From Marsupella aquatica (lineage: Eukaryota > Plantae > Marchantiophyta), in the NCBI GenBank assembly GCA_973895155.1, contig OZ316892.1, positions 3,413,223 to 3,477,222 on the forward strand: a DNA stretch of 64,000 nucleotides, written 5' to 3'. Numbering within the stretch: the stretch's first letter is position 1; the number at the start of each line of letters is the position of its first letter. The translations under genes and the position numbers were made by a program. The notes beneath the pieces were generated by a model, which was not told where the DNA came from, ran no database searches, and saw only the letters and a list, made by a program, of their open reading frames with translations. This document shows positions 1 through 14,061 of this stretch, in pieces.

Positions 1-821
1 AAATCGACAATGTATCTATGTTATTTCAGATAGCGCTTCTTTCAATACATTATGGATAGTTCCCATAGCGGGAGAAATAAAAAAATCATTGTGATATACA
101 AAAATGTTTATCATTTTCCATTGAAAGATCTATTGTTTTCAACATTCCCATTTCATCGATCAGCACCTGCTTTTCCTCAACTAGATACCAAATTATCCAT
201 TTTTGAAAGAGAATAAAAGTTGCAATTCTGAGAATTATAAGAATCATAGGGTTTTTAAAAATTAAATTTGGGAATAGTCTTGGAATATTCCATTAAATTA
301 GGGGAAAAAATCATTAAAAATAATGATTGACTTAAGTTTTAGGGTGTTTCTTCACCCAAAACTTCACGCGTGATATGGAACACCCCTTGGATTAAGGCCC
401 CCAAGAAATTTGTCAGTCCGAGACTCATTGGAAACCTAGAAAATTGGTATTTTACTCATGATTTACTTGGTACTTGACAAAATGTACCAATGTGATGCTC
501 ATTCAAAACCAACAGATATTCAGAAAATCATGATATCATTTTTTACTCATCTCTCAATGAACCTTTTGTGCTAAACACTTAGAGGCATTTCAGAAAATCA
601 TACCAAACATTGAGAATGAGTGTAACATTAGCAGATTTTTCATTACCAATGAGATCACGGGCCCTCAGCCCATTTGGTTCTTATAAGTTTGAGAAATGGG
701 TTGAGGGACATTAATTTGGACTCAAATTTCCAAGTTACTGACAATAAAATACTTGAAGGAATGAAAAAAAGAATCAGAAAATGACATTCCCGTAGTGGAA
801 TGTTTGGGTTGGGTTCATAAT

Positions 822-822
<1 letters not shown>

Positions 823-858
<36 letters not shown>
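823..858. repeat. (AG)18 microsatellite
   Basis: Perfect AG dinucleotide run. Confidence 0.97.
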
Positions 859-860
<2 letters not shown>

Positions 861-1054
861 GCGGTGCAGAGCTCGATTGAGTAGAATACAATCAGAGCGT
901 CGTGATCTGGTCAGTGGTCAATCTGGTGTCATTAGTGTATATATCGAGGCAGCCAGTGGAGAAAAGGAGATGAGATGGAGGTTACATAAAATATTCCTGA
1001 TGTAAGCTATGCACTGGAATCCAACTGAGTTGGTCCTGTTGCATGGATGGGTGG

Positions 1055-1245
1055 AATTTGTTGTGGAATCACTTTTCTGGGTTGTCCCATTAGTCAGAGA
1101 GCATAGGAAGTCAAAATGTTCAACAAGATTTCTTCTAAGTTGTGAACTAATTTGTTGTGGAATCACTTTTCTGGGTTGTCCCATTAGTCAGAGAGCATAG
1201 GAAGTCAAAATGTTCAACAAGATTTCTTCTAAGTTGTGAACTAAT
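1055..1245. repeat. Tandem duplication, 94-bp unit x2
   Basis: aatttgttgtggaatcacttttctgggttgtccc...aagttgtgaactaa starts at 1055 and again at 1149. Confidence 0.93.
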
Positions 1246-3329
1246 CAGTAGTACTCAAGGGTCCACCAACTATTTGTGTTGAATGTTAAATTATTATTAT
1301 TACTAAACAATCCAGAATATTGTGTGTCATGATTCCTTCAAAATATATTTGCATCTTCCTAAAAAGTGGGAAATAGTCAAAAGGCGAATTTCTGATTCAC
1401 TACGATTGCACATGGATGTTAACAAAGAAAAAGCCGGGAATTGGGAAACTAATGCACCTACTTCATGCCTGCGCAGGCAATATCTTTATTGTCATTTTCC
1501 ACACAATCACTCATCCCAGGTTACTTTAAACTAACCTGAACTGTCCGTTGAGTGCCACTTCCCGTAACCATTGAGCTCGATATACAACAAGACAAGGTTG
1601 GGTTGGGTTATTGATTGTTTTATATTGTAAACTACGTGCATAAGTGGCACAACGCCACCTGGTTTTTGACCTAGTTGGCTTTCGTGAGCCTGGATAGAGG
1701 GTAAGAGTGCGGAAGGGGGGCACGAGCTGGGACAGAGAAGCAGATATAGACCTATAAGCAATGCCGGGAAGCCACAAGGCAGGCCTCTAGTGCCGCCACA
1801 ATACAAAGGATTCCAGCTAGTGACGTTTGGGAAAGTACCTATACCCCGCCTTCATATACAAGAAATTACTCTTCCTCTGGCAGCCGTTAAACACCCCAAA
1901 TACATGCGATACTCAGCACCTGGACGACAATAGGTTATTTTTCCAACATGTCGTCAAGATTTGCAGTGAGGACAGTGCAGATGTTCGCTTTAGTGAAGAC
2001 AAGTACATCTTGCTGCAGATAAATGATGCTGTCTACCTAGTTTGCGAGCCTTCAGGGCGTCCTTCAATATATTGAAATTGTTTTATCTCCATGGTCTCGA
2101 GTATATAAAGGCTCGGATCTTAATAAGGTTGCCCAGATGCTCGTATACTTTTGATTTCATGCGGCCAGTGCTTTAGTCAAAAGAACAAACAAGGACTTAT
2201 ATCTTACAAGGGCATGTACCTATCTGGCCAAACCTTGGTGCAAAACTGAACACGGGCTCAAGTTTGCAAGGATGGTACATCGTCTGGTGGTGTTTGTAGG
2301 GCAATCGATCGATCAGAAGTTTGGTAATGAAAGACTTCGTCTTATTAATACCAGATCTGGGCCTAAACAAACATTTGCCAGACAGCCTTCACGAACCTGT
2401 GTAAAATTTGTTACTCAAGGTGAACGCGCTCTAACTTCTATTATCCATGTCTTGCACCGAGTATTCAAGGGACCATGGTTTCAAGAACTTGCTACACTGA
2501 TCAACAAGGAGGCAGAAAGGATCGAGGGTGAGAACTTTTTCAATTAGGTTGCGCAAATTAACAGTATGCATATGGAGAAACGATCGATGCTATGCATGGT
2601 ACAGTGCTATCCAACGTACATAATTGGCGAGTCTCTTACATTATTTCTGCCTCCATTCAAGCAATTAGTCCTGATAACCATTTTTTCAGATATATAATCC
2701 AGTATCATATCTTCCTATGTATCGGATCTTAAACCCGGCATGTGTAGTACCAAATGAAGAGTGTCCCCTCGGAATCCGACTTGGAATCGAAATGGGCACA
2801 AAAGCTATGTCAGTTTGAATAACTTGGGGATAACTTCACCCCAAATGTCTGCTCCAGTACCTACCCGAAAATGGCTGTAATATTATGATCGAAGTGAGGT
2901 TTGCAGGAAAATTAATGCAAAGATAAAGCTGAGCTTGTGAAAATTATTGTGCTTTGTACTCGGTCAAGGTGTTGGATCGAGCTACGTTGAGTCAATTTAC
3001 TAGACAAGTAAAGAAGCACGTAAGAGTTTTGTGAATTTTCTGTTAGTAGAGACAGTTCCAGCAGCTTCCGCAGGGCATGGTGTGGACGGCTTGTACAGAG
3101 CCCCTGTTGACTATCTGTGTGGAACCAGAGTCTACAATTCAACATCATCCATATTTGGCCTCCTATCGAACTTTATTATTAGTTTCTTGGAAGATCGATC
3201 AATGCCCGAACTTATTTTCAATTGAAAGCTCTCTAACCTCTGCAAATGTAATCAACTTAGCAAGTTGGGAAAATGTATTGCTAGTTGTGGATTGAACACA
3301 ATTTAATTCATGATTTACATCAAAATGTA

Positions 3330-4480
3330 TCCATGCTGTATGACAAAACAAAGTCGATCATATATTGTTATAGGATGCCTCGCCAAATGTTTGTTGTCCC
3401 ACTGTTCGTTTCAGTCAAATTAAATATGAGGAGACTATATAGTTACATGTCTTTCATGATAGCTTGAACAATAAGAGGAGCCTCAATAGCAGTCGATGAG
3501 GAATGCAAGTTGAGTTCCATTTATCAATTCTATAGTAAGTTATATATGGCATTGGACATATCTTGGCATGCGTAAGTTCGTTCTCAATGCCGGATAATGA
3601 GCAACACAGTGCTAACGTTCATCTTCTGAATGGATTGGTACGTTTGACCAAGAAAATCATTTAGATATTGGAAGGAGACGGAGCAATATGCCTGGGTATG
3701 GTTGGGATGAATGGAAATGGCAGAACCATCTCGGCAAAGGCTATGTATAGGAGCATTGCAAGGACTTTTGAGTACGGTTTCTTCCTCGCAATTAATGTGA
3801 AGAAGCTAGGTCATGACACGCAAGGAGGATCCAGATAACCTAAAAAGCAAGTCTGAAGGTAGCCCCGAAGGTAGCTACATGTTTTCAATTGGAACATGTC
3901 AAATGGGAACAGGGTTTTGATTGCATTGGGCATGGACGAATGATATAAATGTCTGAGACTCAAGCGATGGTGGGTCTGACGGTTCAATGGATGCAATTCA
4001 AGCGAGCTCATTGTCACATCTCGACATAAAGGATATCTTGAGAGAGAGGATATACTGGTTACTTCGTGTATCCACTTGATGTTGCGGTTTATCAAAATCC
4101 TTTTTGCCTCAACGTACTGTCTTGAAAATTGAGAGAGGAAGTGTTGGATGACCACAAAGACCGTGTGATGAAAATTGTAAAGAAATCAAGGACACGTTTT
4201 TGAAAGGCGACAAAAATTATGAAGTGTGGTGTCTCCAAGCCCTAGAGTGTCGGAAAATACATTCCGCTGCCAGAGTTTTGGAAACTCTTTCTCATCCTCT
4301 TGAGATCGAAGCTTCAGTCTTACGAGTCTTGAAATTTCACAGTATTGCAACCGTTTGAGAGCAAGCCAGATCGATAGTCTGGCGGAAGCTTTAGGCTTTA
4401 TTAAACTTGAAGATTAAGGTGTTCAGTGGTCAATCTGAGAGCTGGACCTCCACATGATATTTAGGCTTGGGAGCTTCACT
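3330..4480 (+). pseudogene. Decayed NB-ARC (NLR, probably TIR-type) gene remnant
   Basis: Manual translation gives NB-ARC motifs in canonical order: P-loop region LGMVGMNGNGRTISAKAMYRSIARTFEYGFFL (3692-3787), kinase-2-like GNRVLIALGMD (~3905), RNBS-B-like SELIVTSRHKGYL (~4000), a broken GLPL-like segment (~4215-4260) and HD (~4453). The upstream VVPLFVSV (~3393) resembles the TIR VxPIFY strand. There are many stops and frameshifts, and no LRR was seen. Confidence 0.7.
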
Positions 4481-6036
4481 TTTTATTAGTTTGCATTATT
4501 GAATCATGAGAAGGAATGCCGTCCAGATCGATATCATCGGCAATTCTCATTGTCTACATTAATGTTTGGATATATAAAGGATTGCCAGAGTTTGGACGCT
4601 CGATCAAGTTTGTTTTGTGTAGAAGTGATTGTCTTCGTGTTTCGTTGGTCAAATTAATAAGCTTTGGAGACGAATGGAAGAATTACTGATGAAGTATAGC
4701 TAGGGTGCATACTTGAAAGATGCTTCATTCCATTCAGTTCGTTTGGCCGCAATCTATTCATTGAAGCTGCTGTTAATAGGAATTTACATACTCAGTGTAT
4801 ATCGAGTAACGCCCCAAATTGACAAGATGATTGTTTGCGTTCAACCATCGCTCCTACTGATGGGCTGTGAAGGTCTTTTGCCAGCTTTAGTCGATCACCA
4901 GAATCTGTCATTCATCAGAATTTTTTTGCCATTCATCACCGTCTGACACCTTGCAATTTAGTGAGCTTAATTAATTTCTTGGTATATAGCCAAATAGGAG
5001 TGTCCCGGCCATGAAATCTTCTGTCATGGCAATTAAGAGAACTGCTGAAATTAAAGATCGATCAGTGTGATGCGCGTCGATCAATCGATCAAACCAATAT
5101 TAACACTGCCTTATTCATGGCAATTAATTAAGAGAACGCGCATGTATGATTGATAGCAGGTTTGATGCCAGATTAACAGTAAACGAAATGTGATTTCTAT
5201 TGCCAGACAAGAGAAATAAATTTCTCCGATATATGCGAGAATTTGATCATGACCGTTCCTTCGACACTCGAGATGAGTTCACATTATTTTGCAAGTAAAG
5301 ATTGAGGTTTTAGCTTGACTGGAAGATATTACTGGTTGTCAATGGAAGGTGTTTTTTCTGCAACATGCAGGCACAGCTGACTTCTATATTGCTCCCATCA
5401 TTAGGTGATATGGTCCAGGCCTGTCGGCACACACGGTCATGCAAGGTTACTTAACATATATTAGACTCCCCCCTAGCCTCCACCAGGAATATGCCAAGTC
5501 TTCTCTAGTTTACAACTGAGAAAGTCGAAGATCTTTTCCTCTAATGAGAATGGATCTTCTTCTCCAGTGGGAGTAGATCTGAGATTTCCTTTTCCGCATC
5601 AATCCTGAGATTTCCTTGTCCTGATCAATTCGCTGAACAATCTAGATCAACATAGCTAACTTGATCTAGAAAACTCTTAACATGATGCTTGTGAGTGTAC
5701 CTAGTTGATGACAAACATGGTCGCTCACCAAGTAGGCTGGGACTGGCCGGGAGCGAAAACAGGACTTGCCATCGCTCTCTGATTCAATTCCCGTCTCTGA
5801 CTGGCGTGGGAAAGGGTGAGTGCGTGGGCAGGTATGTGGATATGAGATATTGTCCACAGAAAAACCGCTCTAGATAAGTTGATGCTTGGATAAATCTCAT
5901 GTTTGGCTTCAGAAGAGGACTCATACCATTCAAGCACTTAACACTGAAAAAGTGAGTATTCACTAGAAAAGAGTTCTATTATGTTAGCAGAATACGTCAT
6001 TGCAGAATGATGCATGCGGGGATGTATGCGAGTGCT

Positions 6037-6230
6037 GACAGTCCATCTAACCTTCTGAATATAATTGTAGTTTCTCGATCTCTCACATAAGGGTATTGAT
6101 TGAAAGTTTGACAGTCCATCCAAAACTTTGAATCAATTACAATTGAACCTTCTCTCTCGATCATATAAGCCTATTGATTGCGAGTTTTGACAGTCCATCC
6201 AAAACTTATAATTAAATCTAATTGGACCTA
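6037..6230. repeat. Degenerate tandem repeat, ~75-80 bp x ~2.5
   Basis: tgacagtccatc core at ~6037, ~6109 and ~6188, with similar flanks. Confidence 0.75.
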
Positions 6231-9200
6231 GCTTCTCTGTAACATGAGGCTATTTATTCTGCTGCAAAAATTCAATGAAATTGCTCTTCATTCAAAAACA
6301 TCGCTGTTCACTACTGGTCCCATGGAAGTCTAGATTCAGTATTATTACTATAGCTAATTACTATTACTCGTCTTAGATAGTTGAAGCCTGGAAAGAAGGG
6401 CTCTTCAACTTGCAAACGAAATTATGGCATGATACACATAAATCATATGCAGCTTATAAAGTTCAGCTAGTGACGTACTTCTCTACCAGGTAGCATATTT
6501 TCTAGCTAGCGAATTCTAATTAATTAGCACATTCCCGAGCACATTCTAGGGACCGTGATCTATTTGCATAGTGAGGTGGGCGGATAGTGAGGTGGGCGGC
6601 CATGGATAGGCTCCGTAATTCCGACACTTGTACAAACACTTTTAGTCAAAAGTTTTGCTGCATTTCAATTTTAATTGCGCGTTGATCTCTGTTATGGATT
6701 AAGGTTTGCACGCATATTACATTAATGTGTTTGAGCTGTTCAATTGGATGCGGGCAACACGGTTCGAGTTTTAGATTTGGATGAAGATTAATTCTCTATT
6801 AATTGAGTCTGCACTTCGACAGAACTCAACGTTTCATTCATCAACGAGAATGCACCGTCGCTGCTGTCGGAAGACCTACAATTTGTGGATCCGCCCAATG
6901 GTTTACGATTCACAAACCAGGACTTTCCATCCTTGTATTGGTACAACTCAATGGAGTCATGCTCGTGGAACCCGTGGAAGTTCCAGACTCACCACTATCG
7001 CCTGGACAACAGCAACCTCAACCCCAACTTAACAGTATATAACACTTACGCCCAGGCCACTGTGAGTGAAAAGCACGGGGTACAGCAGAGACCTCCAGGC
7101 TAAGTAGGCCCAGCGCCTTTTGAGATCGTGTTCGTTCAATCCGGATTGGGACAACCTGGCTTTCTTGAAACGAGAAATTAGTTAAGGTCATCCCAGCAGA
7201 CGTCATCTAGTCCATATTCCGAACAGTCAGACGAGTAAGATGTATAAAAGCTTCAACGCCACCAAACATTATGTTGGCAGCCGCATCGTGCAACTGCAGG
7301 AACGGTCCTAGTTCTCCATATCCGAGAGCTCAAACCCTCATGATATGAAGTGGGAGACTGGGCAGTTTGAAGTTTTGCGACGCTATATCGGTGACATGGT
7401 TGAATTGAACAACTTCGAGTTTTGTCCTCATAGTTCTGGAACAGTTTTTCCATAGCACTCAGTCCCTGCAGCTCGCTCATGTCCCGGGTAGGGTCCTCAT
7501 CGATGTTGCGGGTGACCTGACTGCGGGCTGTGCTCTCCCTGATACCTATCATAAGTTTACGTGGAGGTTGATCTACAAGGCTCTCCTCGAAATTTGCTCC
7601 ATATTTGGTCAGCGGGGCCATAATTATGCCTGGAATTTATCCTCGACTACCAGAAGGAGCTATGTCACCAGATCTGAACAGCACCCGGACCGCTCCTTCG
7701 AAGCCTGCCCCATATATCATCAACAGCTGCTATGGCCACACAACGTACCTCTTCCACCTCGACCTTACCCCCTGCGCCGGACACGTCTGAACAAGACGCG
7801 GACGCTGGTTTTCCTTGTCCAAGAAGTGCACTATATTCAGGCCATCCACAAGTTAAGAATAACATCTTTTCAGAATGGCCAATCTAGCTCGTCCTCTCCC
7901 TCCTCTACAGCTACAGTGAGGTCCCCTAGATGAGGGCCCACAAAAGTGACAGACGTAGTACAGAAGGAATCCTGATCATTGGGTTCTACAATCACACGCC
8001 GCGAATGACATCAAACTGGAACGGATCCAGCCAGGATCCAGGTCACGAGGATGAGGAATCCGGAGGAGCTTGCTCCAGTCGATCGATTCCACAATTGAAA
8101 CAAGCGGCTAGCTCATTGTCAATACTCAAAACCAACGACGATACAGACTGAAGCATAAGTAAATAAATGCCTCCCCTCCCCCCCTTCTCTACCTCTTTCG
8201 TCTTTCTAGAAGTGATTTCCAAGAAAATAAAAGTACTCCGTAAGAGATACTCATGGCCTTGGATTAAAGACCTTCATCTCTTCCTCGACCAGTGATTAAT
8301 AGTAGATTCTCTCTCTCTCCCTCTCTGAATTGAATAGGCAAATTAAACTTTTTACTCTGAAAGAAACGCTCCCCTCTGAGCCCCCATAAACAGACGATTG
8401 GTTAATGAGTTTTTCCCGCAACACCCTTTAAATTTTTTTTTGCCATTTTTTACTTGGAAACCCCTAAAAACTTAATAAAAATATAATTTTTTTTTTTGGT
8501 GCCACTTTTTACTTGGAAACCCCTAAAAACTTAACAAAAATATTTGTTACTTTTAAATAGGCCTATTTTTGTCACACCCTTTGACATGGACCAATATTTT
8601 GTTACACTTGACGTGTCACTTTTGTGGAAGTGAACCCCCCTTCCCCTCTCTTGGGGGTCTCAGTATAGGGGTCTCCCTATCACTGGGAAGTCTTTAGGCC
8701 TTGGACCCCCTCAAATGCAAGATTTTTTTTTAATCTTTTAACCCCTATGAAATTGGAATATTCTTATAAGTCTCAAACCTGCCTCCATTGTAAGTTACAT
8801 GACGTGCCTCTAATTAATGTGAGGAATGATATTACTATTTAACTATGTCACGGACTAGCTGCCCCAACTTGCTGCATGAATGGTGCATGCCATGTCTTTC
8901 CAAAGCTAGCCTGCAGCATAATTGAAAGGTTGCTCCAAAAATGACAATTGAAAATACGGTAAGTGAAACTAAGTTTCTTTAAGATATTTTATAAGCCAGA
9001 CAGTCTAGTAAGCTGCTCGTAGTATGAGATGAGAGCCCTAGGCTCATATGACAGTACATAGTATGACTGTGTAGAGTAGTGTTGGGGTGAGTGTAAGGTT
9101 CTTCCTATACCAGCCTGGTAAAGGTATATATAGTCGACACCAAGCTGACCAGCAAGGTATCATGGTATTTAACCCCGTATTTAACTGGTATATATGGAGG

Positions 9201-11997
9201 GTCCCCCAAAACAATTTCAGAAAAATTCCAAATATCACCAAAAGTCCTGTTACATACCAACAAATCCCAGATTTTAGAGCTGACACCCAAGCTGACATGG
9301 AAGTATACTAGGGATTTGGATGTGCTGTATCAGGGTAGTAATAAATGGTATATAGATGATAAAAGCTACACTAGGTTAAGACTCACAACAGCATTTTTGT
9401 GCCCAAATTTCAAACACAACTCAGATTTATAGATATGCGTTCATGAAAATGATCGAAATTAAAATGTCTCAACTTTAATTTGCACAATTTGCATAATTAT
9501 CTGTTTGCATAAATTTTATAGCTGCAAACTTGGTGATACAAAACATACTTTTGACTTTAGAGCTAACCTCACTAAAACATCATGAAAATTGTGGAAGCTA
9601 GAACTCTGCCAAGTTGGACAAGGCTCCTTCTCCACCAATCCTGCATCAACCAACCATCATTGGCAGCATTAGTAATCTATCACCTTTGGTAGTTTTTAAT
9701 TATGGTTTCAGTTCACTGAGCTTTTCCATTATCTATGCAACAAATTCATGAATGCTTCTTAAATTTCACAAGTACTGTAGTACTCTGTTCATTTTTTTTA
9801 CTTAATCCGTGGACCCCATGTTTCTTTTAGAGGCACTTATCTAGAAACTGAAGCCTAGATGGACCTCCAAATCTAAAGAAAGAAATTCAAAAATGGACAA
9901 GTCAATGTTTGACACTTGAAACAGTTGCCAAACTTACCAAGGCAACCATAATTAACATCAATCACAAAACCAACTGCAATGTGAACTACTGTTTAATATC
10001 TGGAAAGCTTAATTGCCCACTTCAGCAAAACGGTGCTCGACGGTTTCCTCCACGGTACCGAAGGAATGTTGGATGCACTCAAGTTGCATCGAAAGTAATC
10101 ATTTTTCAATTCCTACACAAAGATAGACGAAGAGAGATAAGTCATCAATGTCATCAAATCACTAACTTTGCATATTTGTTAAAGACAAAATTTTTCATGG
10201 AAACAAATCTACAAATGTGTAATTCGAAATTGATAAAAAATTAGAGAAATTTAGAAACTCATGACCACTTTAGTACTTGATACAATCTCCCAATGTCACA
10301 CTCATTGGAAAGCTAGAGAACATTGGAAATTTATAATCTCCTCAGAATTCCACTAAATTTATCAATGTTAAGTTCATTAAAAAGCTAAAGAAATTCTAAA
10401 ATTCATAATCTCCTTAGTACTCAATAAAATCTGTCAATTTTAGGTTCATTCTCATGGAAGGGGTCAACATTTCAGGGGTTGTACAACAAAAATTTCTATT
10501 CATGTTAGAGATTATGAAATCATGAGAAAAATCTATTAAAAAAATTACTTACTCAATTCTTACCGAATGATGACAATGCAATGCTTCAATGGTGAAGTTG
10601 CCACAAACACAAATACATAAGTTGATTTTATCCAAAACAAGTCTCTTCATGTTTGCAGCGTGCCATGATGATGTGGCACGTTGTGGAGCCAGGAATTTTG
10701 GAAAGGACCCCTAATGTAAGTCCGTAATTAGTGGGTACTTTTGAGCTGTAAGGTTGCATATATGTTAACAGGGGATCTCTATAATTCCAAACCTTTTCCT
10801 TGTCGGATAGGATTCTTGATTTAACTTACATCAGATCTATGGAAATGTGCATTCAACTAGGATGACATGAATTAGCAAACAAAAATATAATTATTCTCAC
10901 ACCAAAAACTTATTGGAATCATGTCATTTGACTTTCAACGTTTGGTATCTGACTTGATTGGATCTCTATTAATTTCCAGACCAAATTTCATTTTCAGACC
11001 AAAGGTTTGGAAATTTTAGATCACTTAGTGAGGTGATCCAAAAATTTCCAAACTTTAGCTCTTTCATTCAAGGGATTTGCATATGCTAAACATTTTGGTA
11101 TGGTGTCTATCTTTAGAACAAGAAGTCCTTCCAACGTGGTTTTGTAAAGACAAAATCACATTCAAGTGCTCTACATGCAAGTCTAGTATGTAAAGTCACC
11201 GGTAACTAAGAGCATTCCTGCCGGTTGCTTCACATATGACTCAGTAAATATATGAAGTCACATGTGGCAAGTTCAGGATTCTGTGAGTTGTTACAGTGTA
11301 GCAGGCCTCGATTCCCACCCAACACACTATTCAAGCAAGGGATCAAGAGTTGCAGCACATGAGCAGAGGTGCATTCACATATATATTATCCCATTTTCAA
11401 CTTATATCAATGGCAAGTCAGAGCGTTTCCAAGCTATTGTGATGTTACATCAAGACAGTCCACAGAAATGGTGGAGGAGTTCCACACTCCAGTTTGCCAA
11501 GTCTAGTGCACAAAAGGCAAAAAGACGGAGGGGCTCAAGGAGAGAGACTGGAAACTTAATTCATGTTTGGAATTATGCAAGTTATCTAATGATGTAAAAC
11601 CATTTTTGGAGGTACCTGGTATTCCCATTATCTCTTGCACTAAAGTAACCTTTGATCAAACAACTCTTACGTATTATAAGCTTCCAAGAAAGCTCCAGAA
11701 AGTTTCCGTTATAGTCAATCAAGTTTTCTTTATTTTTTGGTCACACTATTACAAGGCTAGTAACCTACACTAAAAACCCATTAATATCCTCTAAGTAGTG
11801 GAGAAGGGTGTGATTTAAATTTGACTTTGAGAGCCCAACTCCCTAAACTAGTCACAATCCTCCATGTTGACAGGGCAGGTGGGAATACTGTAACGTACGT
11901 GTCGACGGTGCCCATACCAGATCAGCCCCGACCGTTCACCCTCCGACGGCGACGGTGGTACGGCGCTCGTGAGCCGTGACTGCGTATCGACGGGCAG

Positions 11998-12006
11998 AAA
12001 CCCTAA
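11998..12006 (+). promoter_or_regulatory. Telo-box (AAACCCTAA) in a CpG-rich stretch upstream of the 12750 ORF
   Basis: Exact telo-box within a CpG-rich region (~11890-12300) typical of a plant promoter or 5' end. Confidence 0.4.
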
Positions 12007-12749
12007 TCAGAGTACGGTCAAGTTGGTAAGGTTGGTTTCCTTCAGGAAAAGCGACCCCGGGTATGGAATCTTGCGTGATTCGTCCGTCGTAAAAGGGTGA
12101 TCGGGGTTGTGGTGACGCAGTGCTCTCGCGATGGCCCTCAGCCAGATCGCGCTTGTCCGTCGAGAGGAGGCATGTCCCTCATCGCCCGTTTGTCAGATTT
12201 TACGACAGTCGATTCCCCGTCCAGCACCCAGCTCGCGAAAGTTCATTCCATTGTGTGAGAAGGTAGGGGTTTCTCGTCGTGGGTAGCTGCGAAGATCGCT
12301 GGTTTCAATTTACTCGGCTCGTTGGGTTGTCTGCAATCGCTGCCGCGAGGTTTTCGGAGCAAGCGTGTGTGTTTGCGTTCGTTTTAAGGGAACTGCACCA
12401 TCCAGCTGGAACAGCTGCTGCTGCGTCACATATCACAGAACGTCCTCTACTCGCAGAACGCAGAAAAGTGGTTTCATGAGCGCTTCACGCTTCTTTGATT
12501 GTGTCGGGTTGAGGAGAACCGTTATGGTTGTTGATTTACGGAAAATTTGAGACACGGTTGCATGGGGATCTTTCGGCTGGTTCTCGCTTTTGCTGCAAGT
12601 GGAGGCATTCGCCGAGTGTATTACTTTGATTCTTTTCAGTTTGTGTGCTTCATTCCAATGCTGGTTTCGGCGTCGGGGACTGTCTAATTATGGACTAGGT
12701 AATACGGAGAAGGCAAGGCCGACCTCATCGGTGGTACAGGTGACACTCA

Positions 12750-14061
12750 ATGAAGCGCTCAAGTTCAATTCGCCACTGGGCTTGCTCTCCGAACCCCTTG
12801 GCTGATGATTTAGATTTCGATCCCTGCAAGGACATGTCGTTTTCTTGGTCGGGGATTAAGCTTTTCGTAGACCTGCACATTGGCCCGAACGGCCCGGAAA
12901 ATGTCGAAATTGCTGGCGAGACTTCGGTTGCGGATCATGCTTCTCTGCAGGACAAAGATTCCGAGGATGATGAAACCGAAGGGCCTGGTAGCACGGGCGA
13001 ATCTAGCAGCCTTCAGTCTGACACGGACGCGATCAAGGATCATGTCCTAACGAACCATCAGAACGACGAGAGAGATTGCAACAACGAGACGCCCAGCCAA
13101 ATGTTCGACGAACTTGGAGTTGCGGCCGAGCCTGATACGAATTGGACACATTGTGCATGGCCGGACTGGGGGGAGCCGCTGCCACCTGAAGATCTTGATG
13201 ATGAGATAGAGGTCGAGTACGCTGCAGACGGAGAAAAAACCACCACGGTGAAGAAGGCGGTCACTTTTTCTGATGTTGTCACGTTCGTTGAGCCCAGTAG
13301 CCTGCAAGAAGAAAGGGAGATTTGCAGTTTCTCGTACGCTGGCTCTTCAGACGAAGAATTGGAGCGGGGCACCGAACAGGTTACAAGTAGCAGCGATGGC
13401 TACTCCAGTGATCTTTCGCCTTTGCGAGTTTGCTGCTTAAGAGGTACCGAGATCATCCTCGCTGTCTAGTTTTTCGTCTGTGTATACAGAAAAGTTCTCG
13501 TGGAACGTGGATGTTCTTTTAACTTGTGCATCATCAATATTGTGCGTGAGCCATTTGAAACCATGGAGGGTCCGTAGAGGATTTAGGGTTTCGAAGTCAC
13601 TCAATTACTGCTTCATGTCCATTGCAGAGAAGGAAAGCTTGGATTCGGCGGATGTTTCCGCAGCCCGCCATCTATTAGAACTTGGTAACGAATCGAATTA
13701 CGGCGATTCGAAAGCAGTAGCGCTAGAATCATCGGCACAGTGTGGAAAAAGGAAGTCCGATATTTACGATCCAAGCCGTGACTTGGAAAGGCTTTCTGAG
13801 CTGGTAGAGAACATGTATGCTGCAGTACCTCAGCTGAGCATTGTTAGTAATTCACGAGGGAGCGTTTCGAGCGAAGATGTTTCGCTCGTTTGGACCATAG
13901 AGCTTTCGCAAGATTCAGGAAGGCTCAAAATGAAGAGAATCAAGCGCGAGAAGTGGGCCGGATTCAAAGGCCTCCGTGTTCTAGATGTCGATGATGAGAA
14001 TGATGTGCTAGAGAGACCGCTCTGGAAGCGACAATACAAGTCTCTCAGCAAATTTTCATGA
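12750..14061 (+). CDS. Probable two-exon gene encoding an acidic, largely disordered protein of unknown function
   Basis: Two long same-strand ORFs (239 and 193 aa). A phase-1 donor AG|gtaccg (13444) is compatible with the acceptor tccattgcag| (13627) and joins the frames. Undepleted CpG suggests host genic DNA. The start codon and donor choice are uncertain. Confidence 0.6.

Noticed and set aside
6780-8150. Coding-like GC-richer region with several short ORFs
   Set aside because: No consistent frame, strand or recognisable motif; it may be a decayed gene, but that is unsupported.
8400-11830. AT-rich region with short direct repeats and similarity of ~10301-10330 to ~424-452
   Set aside because: Probably old TE debris, but no termini, TSD or coding remnants could be defined.
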